Assembly: GCA_964035545.1 (NCBI GenBank)
Contig: OZ037767.1
Span: 5,162,707 to 5,226,706, forward strand
From: Bugula neritina
Lineage: Eukaryota; Animalia; Bryozoa
DNA length: 64,000 bases
Direction: 5' to 3'
Every line of letters starts with the position of its first letter. The first letter of the stretch is position 1. Positions 13,401 through 25,781 of this stretch are shown here, one piece after another. Both the position numbers and the translations under genes were made by a program. The notes below the pieces were generated by a model. The model ran no database searches and was not told where the DNA came from. It was given only the letters and a program-made list of their open reading frames with translations.

Positions 13401-15290
13401 ATCTGGTACCATTTTATGGCAAAGTAGCTGTTGGGTATTTGCCTACACAAAAGGTCCTAGGGCTAAGTAAAATTGCCAGGTCTGTTTGTTCGTTTGTTTG
13501 TATTGTCAACATTGTCATTTGCTTTACTTTAACAATGTTTAGCCAGCACTCTTCATGATTAGGATTTTGCAAACAGATAGTGACTTACTGTTCATCTGTT
13601 TATAAAATTTCTTAAAAACAACTTTACCATTTCTATTTTTGTAGACTTATATTATTATTGTGTATGCATTAGACAATATGCTTCGTGAAAGTTTTGGTCT
13701 AAATTTGCATCTAATTATATAATTATTTAGTGATATTGGTTTGTGAAGAAAAATTCAATTGCAGTATTATTTGTGCAATTTAATCTACAGTCTTTAAGTT
13801 GTTGAAAAACTATTAGCATTGCTGCTATGCTTACCCTTGAATGAGCTAATTATTTTTTAAAAATTTTCCATATCAGATTTCGCTATAGAAAATTAGTTTT
13901 TCTAAATTATAAGCATTTCGAAAGTTTTGCCAAATTATCACTTCAACTCTGTACATGCAGTAAATACTATTGTTCATGTGTTAATTAGAATTAGAATATC
14001 TGATTAGCTTTCTGACATGTACAGAGATTGCACGTATGACATGCGAAGGGTATGGTGTAGGGTAGATGCAAATACTTATAATATAGAATTCCTGACACAC
14101 TTCATTTATGCAGTATGTTCAAATATCCATATATATCTCAGCTATTCTCTCCAAATTGTTTGAGGGTTGTATGCTCAAACAGTCTTATTTTATGATAAAT
14201 CTTGCGCTCATGCTGATAACGGTTTCATTGAGCTCCAAAGCGTGTGGTATTACAAAACTAATAATAATTGTAGCTGACTTTCATTCCATGTTATTCTTAG
14301 CTTCTGCAATACACTGCTTAATCACTGAGTTGGCATGGAAGTTTGTGCATGAGAGGTGGCCCCAGCTATAGCTTTTCAAAAATATAGTCAAAATTAGTAG
14401 TTGTTTCCTTTTGATTTCGAATGCTATCAATGAGACAACTCTTAATTAAACCATTCCCTCTGTTGATAGGCTAGTGGAAGTGTTTGCCAGACGTCTGCAA
14501 GTGCAGGAAAGGCTGACTAAGCAGATAGCTCATGCTATCACTGAGGCTGTCAATCCTTCAGGAGTGGGCGTGGTCATCGAGGCTCAGTAAGTTTTTTTAG
14601 ACTCAACGTCTGCTTCCTCAGTGGTATTTGATGAGATCGTAAGTTGTAATCTGCCTTTATTAACATGATAGCTAAACTAGATACAGTTTTTTATCTTTCT
14701 GCTTTTGAATCTGTTTGCTTTAACTAAAGAGTTCCTTCGCTAGCACTTGTGTTTGATAATGGAGTTGTCTACTCGCAATATCAAATGAACACTAAATTCT
14801 GCAAAATTGAATATAAAGGAGAGGCAACTAGTGTAGCTTTCTGCAGTAACATTTCATTAAATTCTTTTATTTAATATAGAAAGCTTATCTCTATAAGCAA
14901 GAAAAGTTTGTAATTGATAACAATTGCTTCTGTGATCTAGTGTTTAAGTGCTGGCTAGGGGTCATGGGTTCAAATCCTAGCAAGGCCATTGGTGATGTCA
15001 AAAAAGCATATCAATCTACGACATATACACAGCTTTTAACTCATCTAATGCAACCATCAAAAGGTTTCAAAAGAATTGAAACTTTAAATAAGTGTCAGTT
15101 TCATCATGTCTGCCATAAACACAGGTAATAGCCAATCAAAAGCATTGTTGCTATTTGCTGCAGGCACATGTGTATGATGATGAGAGGTGTGCAGAAATCA
15201 TCTAGTAAGACCATCACAAGCACCATGCTGGGGGTGTTTAGAGATGACCCCAAAACGAGAGAGGAATTCCTTACATTCACAAAATCTTAG
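10468..15290 (+). CDS. GCH1: GTP cyclohydrolase 1 (248 aa)
   Basis: Exons 10468-10623, 11457-11637, 13314-13479, 14470-14586, 15164-15290 (747 nt, in phase, ends TAG). Motifs: [30 protein letters not shown] (Zn ligands), [51 protein letters not shown]. Confidence 0.97.
10625..11235. repeat. 17-bp minisatellite (CATTCTACTTACTCCTC)n, about 35 copies, starting at the GCH1 intron-1 donor
   Basis: Directly visible; explains the [17 protein letters not shown] ORFs. Confidence 0.95.
11289..11382. repeat. Degenerate (GT)n microsatellite
   Basis: GTGTGT/GTGCGT runs. Confidence 0.85.
11848..12280. repeat. 15-bp ATATGTTGGTATCRT x4, followed by a degenerate TATACAC low-complexity array
   Basis: Directly visible in GCH1 intron 2. 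Confidence 0.75.
13076..13302. repeat. Degenerate minisatellite (TTCTACATTCTATCAATC-like) abutting the GCH1 exon-3 acceptor
   Basis: Repeated CATTCTATCAATCTA units ending about 10 nt before AG at 13313. Confidence 0.7.
14931..15012 (+). mobile_element. Degenerate tRNA-derived SINE head
   Basis: A-box-like TGATCTAGTGTTTAAG, B box GGTTCAAATCC, then a GGTGATGTCAAAAAAGCAT body resembling the copy at 58370. Confidence 0.45.
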
Positions 15291-18200
15291 ACTAATCGGT
15301 GACAATTAGGAATCGTCACACCAACTATTACAGCGTAAGAGGTGGTTTCTTAGCATCAAATTGGCAGCTAAATTACTTGAATAAATTTTCCACAGCTCAG
15401 TATTAATGCAGCAATGTTTTTAATCAAATAAAAAGTGCTGATCTGGCTGTGATGGAGAAAATAACATGGTGAAATTGTGGCAGTCATTTCTCTTTCATAG
15501 TATAACATGTAGTACTAACTAGTAGTATAAATTTATCTTACTTTTTTTGTTGTCAAATTTTGGATGAAGCTGCTTTATCAAGTATTGCTTGTATTTTGTG
15601 CTGGTAACTTTTAAAGTGAATATTGTGCTTTTTGGTGTGACCAATGGTTTTGTTACACTTGCTAGCCAATTTAGCAATATTGTGCATTTTTTAGACAAAG
15701 TCTCCCATTTAAGTATATATGAATATATGTTGTTTATAAGTCTTTATTATATTGTAGTAGTTCATTTGTCTTTCAATAATCATACGGAAAAGTGTTGGTA
15801 ATAGTTTGCAGTATATCTTAGGAGTTATTTACTCTTATACTGAAATGCTTTTTTTTATTGTGGTCAACAGCATATGGTCAAGTTTTTATATTTTCGAAGT
15901 TGCTCTATATATAATATGCAATGCATGCACATAATACCGTTGCTTTATTCAATGCATATATCTGTAAATGGTCTAGTCTGTTTTATGTTTTACCGTTTTA
16001 AGATTTTAAATGTTTAAAAATAAAATGTTAAAACATTTTCCTTGCTGTTCATTACAAGTCACTGCTGTCATATATTTTAAGGAACAAGTTGTTTTTATGT
16101 CAACATGCATGCATATTGCTTTAAAATCTAATCAGATTAGGTGATGGGTATTGTCTTACAATACAGCATAGTCATAGTCATGGGGTGCATTTCTGTTTTT
16201 CAACCTGTTGTATGGTTCCACTGGTTATTCAGAACCAGCATTTTATTATAAGGTCAACCTGTAAGTATCATATATACAGATGTTTACGATATTTGATTAA
16301 ATGTATTGGCAATATGACTTAATGTGTATTAATTCAAAACATACTAATATTTGAAACAAGTCAAAGAAAATAGATCAATTGTAAGACATTATTGCTAAAA
16401 TTCATGTCATTGAAAACCCAAGTTGTGTAATCTGTAAACCATGCTGTAGGTCAAGATCAATTTACTATAAATAGATAACAATCTAAAGTCAAATTACCTA
16501 AGATTCGTAAAAGCTGCATAATAACTAACTGCATGCATAAAAAGTTCACCTGTAGAGAAGAAAAAGGAATTCTTTCAGCCATGAGTGCATATTCTTATGT
16601 TATGGAAATATAGTGTATACTTAATATTTGGTATATAGTGATTACACGGATAGTATTATTGTGTGCAAACTAGAAAATCTCTATAAGTCAAATATCTTGC
16701 TGAAATGATAACCTTTTAAATATTTTCTGCCAGTTGAAACTTGAGTTATATTGATAGTATATTTTGTTTCAAACTTTGGAATATTTTAAAATTATGGCTA
16801 TGCCCTCTGCAATTTCTGTTTTTCAAAACTCAATAAAAAAAAACCTTCTGCATAACTATGTTAAGAGAAATTTGCTAAATTGAGATTATTCTACTACTTT
16901 GATAAAAAAACAATGCACACCAATCAGTAATGATAGAATGCAAAACTTTTTACTATTTCAGGGCTTGCTTCTTGAGTTAAGTTACTGAAATGGTGAAGAT
17001 CAACATATCTGTATAGCATGAACAGACAAAAAGATTATAGACTATATCTCTTGACAAAATAGAATAAAAAATTTGTGGACTCTCTAACAGACCTCCTACA
17101 TTTCAAAAATGGTCAAAGAATAAATAGAATTGCAACTAATAAGTTAGTTTTAATTCAGGGGTGGCAACTAATAGATTAGTTTAAAATGCTACTTTCATAC
17201 AGGAACTTGAGCCTTGAGAAAGTGACTGTGTTTTAAATGAGTTATTGTATATAAACTCTATAGAATAAACTATATGAAGAAATATTATTATAGTCATAGT
17301 TCCAACTTAGTCCTCAGATATGTAGAACGACCCAATAGCTTTGGTTACAGTATCTCTGACCGAGGCTATATACTTTGTGGCTGGAAAATTTGCACTTTTT
17401 ATACGTCTATTACTTGTTTTATAAATAGATTTCACCTTTTAGTCTGAGTTTTGCCTGCATGTTACTACATGTTTTGATATGCCTACTCAAAACACTATGT
17501 AACAGTATGAATGCAAGTGTAAATACTTTTAGCATATCTATTAAAACTGACAACCTGAGATAGGAATAACAAACAATATTGACTATATCTGATTACTTAG
17601 AGATCTTTTATAGAATGCATCACGTGCTAGCAGCTTCAGTAAATTTCGTCTTATTAAGTTACATTCTATAGCAATAAAATTTCAAAACATGGAAATATTT
17701 ATAACAATGGTGGAATTTATATTATCATTTATGTCATGTCAGTGGTTATGGAATGTGTATGCACATTGCACATGTACCGTGATTCATAAAATATACCCTT
17801 TAAATACATTATATTCTTTCCCTGCTCACTTAGACTGAAATACAATATAATTGTTTACTCAGCATTAAAGTTCATAAGTGTGATGTACCAGGATGCATGG
17901 TTACTTATCAACATTTGGTTGTTACTTTTTGGGAAGTTTTTCAGTGTTTTGACTCGAACACCTGTGCCTTCATTAAAAAAAAAGTTGTAAGCCATGTTTT
18001 AGACCACACTGCTATAATTGTGGTGGCTACATGATTGATATTCTATATAATATGAGAGTTGTGCCCCTGATTAGTTCATGAGCTGTTCTCTTCCACAGGC
18101 ACCAAATAGTTATGATTGTTATTCAAATGATTTGGTGGAATCGTCAAAAACTTAAGCCTGGAACTCTTATTTTCTGATAATCTTGCAATCCATGTAATTC

Positions 18201-19165
18201 ATAAGAGAACCCAGATTTAAATTCAGCGGTAACCATTTAAATATAATATATTATATTTAAATGTAACACTTATTAAAACTTAGAGATGACAAGTGAGCTC
18301 TATCACTTTGATCTCTGTTTCTGAAAGTTACCAAATCATACAAATTATAAATAGTCTTATGTTGTAGAACTCTTTATTGCTCTAGAAATATGTTATTTAA
18401 GCCCTGCATTTGCTTGTTGGAGTTGATGTACACTAGATTATATTCCGAAATAAACAAGTTCATGTAACATTTGAACAACAATTTTTAATCTAGAATCAGG
18501 ATGCCGAAAGGACTGCTCAAAAAAACTAATAAGTAGTCTGAATTATTTTAAAAAATATCAAATTTAAATTTTGTGAAAAATTCATTAAGTTGTGGTTTCA
18601 CAAAGCAAAGCTAATTGGCTATTGTATCATTTGTAGATTATGCTGTCTGAGCACGTGCAACACACTAAGCACTAAGTTGTATGTTTTGATGAAGTTGGAC
18701 AGATGGTATGTTGTTTACCTGCAGCTATATTTATCTTGTGATATGCTACTTCCAACTCACACAAGGAAAGAAGAGGAAGAAAATAAGCAGATACAGTTTC
18801 AGTCTAAAAACCAGCAACTCGAAAATAATATTTCTACTTAAAAAACGTTGAACTCTAAGCTTACTGTAGAATAACTTAATTTACAACTTAATTGCCTCAT
18901 AAAATAGGAGAGTCAGAATAACACTGGAGATGAGAATTTTTTTAATTTGAAATCAACAATTTTTTCTTACTGCATAAACATGGAATACAAGATGGCGCAG
19001 TGACTGTGTGGGCATATAGAAGAGTATTGTTCTTTAACTTGACACTATTTGGACAATATAATTGACTTACAATTACATTTGCAAGGTCAAACAACTTTTC
19101 AGGTGTCTTCATTAATCCCATGCAGCTTCTTAACTATTGTGGTTTACAAAGTGTCTACATTTTAA

Positions 19166-19182
19166 GGTTCAGCAAAAGTTCA
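19166..19182 (+). promoter_or_regulatory. Perfect DR5 retinoic-acid response element (GGTTCA gcaaa AGTTCA), 6.6 kb upstream of the CYP26-like gene
   Basis: Exact RGKTCA-N5-RGKTCA match. Function is inferred only. Confidence 0.45.
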
Positions 19183-19617
19183 GCACAAAGCTTAGAACCT
19201 TTCTTTGCGGATGGCTGGTCAGCGTAACTCACCCTCAAACTTTGAATGCTCAAAGCATACAACTTGGGCTACAAAATACTGCCAAAAAACCAGGCAATAT
19301 GTCTTGAATAGTATATGTGCCAAGTCTCAAACAGTTTCAGTGAGATAATTATAGCTGATCAACTTCAGGTTTTTATAATATGTTAACCAGACATTTCATG
19401 GAACATATTATCTTATAAAATACTTTAAATATTTCTTCCCATTCACATATTATTAGACTTAAGTTCGCTGCCAACTTATGCTCTCATACTTTGCCTGGTC
19501 TTGTTTGATCTTATTCAGAGTTTAGTTGTTGATTTGGATTGGATAGAACAATAGACAAAGTTCACAAAGTTTTTTTGCAAATTTTAGTTGCAAACAAACA
19601 AACTGGCAACAGCAACC

Positions 19618-20157
19618 TATACACACATACATATGCATACACACACACACACATACATACATACACACATACTTACACACATACACACATACACACATAC
19701 GCACATATGCACATACGCACATACGCACATACGCACATACACACATACATACATACATACATACATACATACATGCATACATACATACATGCATACATAC
19801 ATACATGCATACATACATACATGCATACATGCATACATGCATACATACATACATGCATACATACATACATGCATACATACATACATACATGCATACATAC
19901 ATACATACATACATACATACATACATACATACATACATACATACATACATACATACATACATACATACATACATACATACATACATACATACATACATAC
20001 ATACATACATACATACATACATGCATACATACATACATACATACATACATACATACATACATACATACATACATACATACATACATACCTACATACATAC
20101 ATACATACATACATACATACATACATACATGCATACATACATACATACATACATATA

Positions 20158-20191
<34 letters not shown>

Positions 20192-20216
20192 CATACATAC
20201 ATACATACATACATGC
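19618..20216. repeat. (CATA)n microsatellite, about 600 bp
   Basis: Directly visible; source of the YIHT/MYVC ORFs. Confidence 0.98.
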
Positions 20217-21049
20217 AAGAGTTATTTGAGCCCTCTGGCTTGAGTTTCCACACCTTTTGAATGTGCTTTAGAAGAAACATAAGTTTTTTTATAGTGAAGG
20301 TGTGGGCCATGGTACTCTGTTCTGTGCTTGATGAGAGGACAAACCCTGAAAGACCTGCTGTATGTATGTTGTAAGAAACAAATAAAATGTTCATTGTTTT
20401 TAATTGAATTGCTAGCCCGTAAAGATATTACATTTTAAAAAAATCCCACACATATTGTTACGCCATAGGGTTATTTGCAGTATGTTTGTACGTATGTAAA
20501 AAAATTTATACATAGCAAAAGTGTTGACCAATTGTTGGTCAAAGGAACTTTGCTCTATTAATGTAACTAGATTATAACTATTGTTATTGCAGCTACCTGT
20601 TATTATGTAATCTATCTGCACTGATTTGCCTAAACTTTTTCCCTCTAACTAAGTTACTTTGACTTGTCTGAAAAGTTCAGTGTTTGAATAGAAAGTTGTC
20701 AACAGGAACTATAATATAACATTGTAGCTCTTTACGAACCATAGGATATTCAAAAGCATAATTTGCACCTTCATTGCCTTAATTGAATGGAGATTATACT
20801 GTTTACATTAGATGAATCACTTAGACATATTTGGGGTGAGTGTAATTGAATAAAGAAGTTTTTGAATGCATTTGTCCACTCAATATGATATTATTGTTCA
20901 TGAGTTTACAGGTTTTTAGCCCCAATTCATCCTACCATTGAATACCAGTCAGATATATGTGCACATGTGACCAACAGTGGGGGAAGAAAACTCACGTGAC
21001 GTGCCAAGTAGTTGATCTAATTATGGTTAAGAGTAAATATTTTTAATAA

Positions 21050-21066
21050 TGAACTCTGAATGACCA
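21050..21066 (-). promoter_or_regulatory. DR5-like element with one mismatch (TGGTCA ttcag AGTTCA on -)
   Basis: Plus strand reads TGAACT CTGAA TGACCA. An E-box/CRE-like CACGTGACGTG lies about 55 bp away. Confidence 0.3.
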
Positions 21067-24009
21067 GCCCCAGTTGTTCAACTGGCACTAATGAGAAACA
21101 CCTAGCAGTCCATTGTCAACATTCTTAATTTTTCAGCTACCCTCAGCTGGTGCACATATGTCTCGCAGGCTATTTTATCAGTTGGAATCTTTTATTTTCA
21201 GCTTGCGTATTATGAAATGCTGCCTTCAAAAGTGCACATATAGGCATCAAGGAAATAATTGATATAAGCAGTTGTAAGTTTTATTAAATTCATGCATTTG
21301 CCTAAAACAGAAAGATGCTTTGTTTCTTTCTAAAAAAGTAAAACAAATTTATGATCAGTTTATTTACATTATATAAGTTATGTTGGTATTCTTTGAATTT
21401 TTTTTGCGAAGTTGACTTTTACATCATCAATTGTGACATAATTAATAATTAATTTAAATATAGCAGAACGTCATTGCAGCATCAACTTAGAATGCACTTT
21501 GCTCTGCAAGGCGTGGCATGGCAAGAACAAACCAATTTTTATCAAAGTAAATCTTAAGCGTAGGAAATTAAATTAAATATTTGCGAAATGAAATCACCAA
21601 CCTGCTGGCCTCTCACCTTTTCACCACATCTTTCATGTGAAAGGTATAGCCTCGATCTCATAGAGTTGCCAGTATAATATTTATAAACAGTAATTTTCAT
21701 CATCTGGAATGCGTGAAACATAAGCTATGCTCTACATTATCAAGTTTGCAGATGATTTTCTTATCTGTTTACTTCATCGTATTTTAGCTCTTAGTTTATG
21801 CAAACACAGTCTTATCATGGCCTAAGTTTCACCTTTATGTTTACACTTTAATGATGAGAAAAATTGTGATGCTTTACAGAAGGCCTTAGCTTAAGTTCTG
21901 ATGAGCCCAGACTAGGTTGGATATCTGCCTACCCCCACACGCCTGGAGCTATTAGTCTAGCCATCGGCGTACAATACTTTTTTTGACAATTGCCTTTTAG
22001 TACAGTGCATGAGTCTAAGTTTTAAAGCAGTTTGTTTGTTAAGTACGTTTATTGTTTCACTGTATAATAAACGTTCATTAGTGAGAGAAACAATGGTAGA
22101 TCATCAGCTACCTAATGAAAAAATTAGTATAAAAGTAAAAACTGTCTATTAACCAATTGATTATTATTTTAACAGCTTTGAAGGCTTAAATTTTTCTATT
22201 CACAGCAGCATGGAAATAGATAAAAGGTTTGAATGGAAAAATTAGTAATGGTGTACAAGACAGCTCAACGTGCATAACAGGGATAAAGGTTTATGACATG
22301 TAGAAGTGTACAACGCAGGTAAAATTGCTTACTGTTGTGGAAAAAACAATATGTTTGTCCTGGAATCAAGTTTTCATAATATCCAAAGAAAAAAATCCAA
22401 AGTAGGTAGTACTTACGAAATAAAAAGCTGTCTATAGTTTTAGATTTCTCAAGTGTCAAACAAATTTAGACTAAAAAGTTTGCTGAAATTAAAACTGTCT
22501 TAAAATTTATTGCAACAGATTCTTGAGTTCGCAGTGAGGCCGACATGTAACTCAGTAGCTCAATAAAATAATATAGAGATGTATTTGTGAGTTTTCAACG
22601 CATAAAATAACAGATGCTGCAATTGAAATTATTTGTTTCCAATTCATAAGTTGAGAAGTTTATTTGTAGCAATAATTGAAAACAAAAAAATATGTTTACT
22701 AACTTCATTTAACTGCGCTCACTTTTTTAACCTGAAATAAATGAATAAATAGATTATAAACAAATAAATGAATAAATGAATGAATAAGTGGTCACCCAGT
22801 GACCCTATTATGTAATACTTGAGTTTTCATAATAGAAGAATTATGTGAAATAAAGGCTATGAACTTCAGTTGGCCTGTAGTATTTAATCAAAAACAGAAG
22901 AATTACAATCAATCCAGTTCTTCATTTCCTTATTTATAAAATTGATAAAAGCAACTAAGAAAATAAATAGATAGCAAAGTGAAAGCAAAAATTTTTTTTT
23001 AATATAATTATTATAATTAACATAAAATATATTTATATATATAATACAAAATAAATTATACTATATATTATAATATATACCATATATTGTATTGAAATGC
23101 ATGCATACATTATATAATATAATATAGGTAACGTAATATAATACATATCGCAAGATATATTATATAGCATAGTATATATTATAATATATCACAATATATA
23201 GGCCTATGTATATAATAGTATTTGTTTACTAGAGTGAAACTGATTGGATGCAGGTTACGAGAATCCATATGCTGACCTTATGTGATCATCAAGCATATTA
23301 ATTATATCAACAAATTACTGTATTTATAATCACATAAAATTATGTTTACTTCTTCATATCACCTTTTGAATATTTAGGGCTTCTGTTGAATATTGGAAAA
23401 TATAGAAAATATTATTGTTGATCTAAAATGAGGTGCTGTTGAAAACAGCAAATTATAAATTATGCATAAACTGGACAGTTCCATTTCTTTAAGAATCTCA
23501 TCAATAAAAATATTTTTCAACTTCCCCTAACTATAAGCTTCAGAAGATCAACACTACAGGTACAAAATAAAAACAACAATATATTGATCAATGGCAGATT
23601 TATCAACAAGGTTGAAAATCAATACATTCTGACATACCAACAGGTAAAGCAATAATAACATTCTATTCATTCCGCATATTGTTTTACCTGTTTATTATAT
23701 TATTGACTATTTGATGTAAAACACTATGAAACTATGTTGTAGTTACCTGCTCGTGGCACACTCTAATCAAAAACTATCAGAGCTGATATACTTTTTCAAT
23801 ACCCTACTTATGATATCGAAAGCTACTTTTTTAAAAATCTTATTGAAATATATTATAATTTTTGAGAGTAAAAAGATGCATGTATTTCTATGCATGTATT
23901 TCTATGCATGCAATGGACGGCATATAATATAATATATAGAGATGATCATATATATTATAGGGTAAATCTACTAAAGTGCCTCTACTATTAGTATATTATT
24001 ATTATCATT

Positions 24010-24016
24010 ATTATAT

Positions 24017-24076
<60 letters not shown>

Positions 24077-24105
24077 TATATATATCATATATATATCATA
24101 TATAA
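24010..24105. repeat. (TA)n microsatellite
   Basis: Directly visible. Confidence 0.95.
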
Positions 24106-25512
24106 ATACTAATAGAATTCAAATATTCAGCCAATTATAAGGTAAAGGTTGTAGAATTATTTAGAACTAGAAGCATCTATAAAACAAATAGATTTTGTAA
24201 TTATATATATATCGTGTAGCGTTATATACAAATCCTCAACATGAAGTCAATTTAATTTATACTGCATGGTTTGTAGCTAATGTTATGTTATATAACAAAA
24301 TGTCTGTTAAAGTGCTAGACTGATAGAAAATGCAGGAAGCTGATAGTACTAGAAATTATTAGCTGTACTTCTCACTATTCCTTGCATAATCAAAGTAACA
24401 ACAAATAAGTATTATAATTGCATACATCAGCAATAGGTTGTAGACAAGAGACTACCTAACTATGCTATATACAGTGCATGGGGTTCTAGGTAAAGCTAAA
24501 GAAGGCATGTGATTCTAATATATAGATTATAGAGATTAATTATAACATCTCAAATATTGAAACATGAAACACAAATCAAACAAATATATCAGATTCCAAT
24601 AGCATTTACACTGCATCTCTATTACAGCATATGTAATGTATACTTGGGGTAATTTCTTTGCTATTTAATACATAGAAGGGCTGTCTTAAGTAGGGGGTTA
24701 AGGTGACGCCCCTAATTCTTTGACGATATAGAAAACATACTATTTGTCAAATACGAAGGTTACAGGAGATGAAACCAGAATGAATTTTCGATATCTTTGG
24801 AATTTCTTTTATTCTTTTTAGCTCATGTTCTCCATGGATGACTACTACAGGGTCTCTAATAGGCCACCTCAGTTCACCAGAAGCACTCAGAACAGAGTCA
24901 AGGGCATCCATAGTTATAGGGTTGGATAGGAACTATAACTGATCGCTCTGTATACACAAGGCAAGCCAATATTCAATATAAGTCTATCATTTATATAAGT
25001 ATGTTATAGACAAGAATACAAAATTACTTTATCTCTTATAAAGCTAAATTACTATACCCTAAAGAAAACTAGCTTGGCAGCACAGTGTATGGCTAGCAAA
25101 TAGATAGCCTGCAGTATGATTATAGTAATTACAGTACATAGAATCAGTGCTAATGTACTTCCAACATGGGAAGGAGGGAGGAGGCATTAGCTGGTAATAT
25201 ACAGTAATTAGGTCTCCTTCTTGAATAATAGCTCTTGCTATATTTAAGTTCTTAAAACAGTTATTCACTACATTTCAACATTCGTATAGCCAACTATTAA
25301 TGATTTTGGTATAGCAGTTTGAATTTAAGAGTTGGCGAGGCATGAAGAGAGCAGCTCCACCTTCACAACTCCTGAAGTTGTTATCTATATTTGTATCTCA
25401 CATGATGCGTTTATTACTAAAAATTTGATCCATAAATTATGGAAAAATTTTGGCTCAGCTTCACTTAATACTAATTCATACGTCATTTTATTGATAGAAC
25501 TGGTAGAACCGT

Positions 25513-25729
25513 TGACCTAGAATTTTCTAGGTCACAAAGTCACGATGATGTAACCCCTCCTGACTGATGAATGTGGTTTCAATGTAGCCAAGCTTTCAAA
25601 GGCTAGCCAATCATGTCTGAGTGTATACAATGAGCTTATTATACATGTGAGTTCAGTGGCCGTGCAAGATATTCAGCCAATGAAATGACAAAGTTTTACG
25701 AGTCATCACTGCAGCTCCTAGTATAAATA
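25513..25729 (+). promoter_or_regulatory. Proximal promoter of the CYP26-like gene
   Basis: Everted half-site palindrome TGACCTAGAA-TT-TTCTAGGTCA (25513-25534), overlapping a DR2-like AGGTCA-ca-AAGTCA. Two AGCCAAT boxes (about 25605 and 25675). TATAAATA at 25722, about 60 nt before the ATG at 25782. Confidence 0.6.
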
Positions 25730-25781
25730 TTTTGTCTGGCAAATCATTTTTCATAAGTCTCAAAGCTTTGCTAGCATTCGC

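Noticed and set aside
19522-20394. Seven overlapping ORFs of 100-234 aa (YIHT/MYVC)
   Set aside because: Artefacts of the (CATA)n microsatellite.
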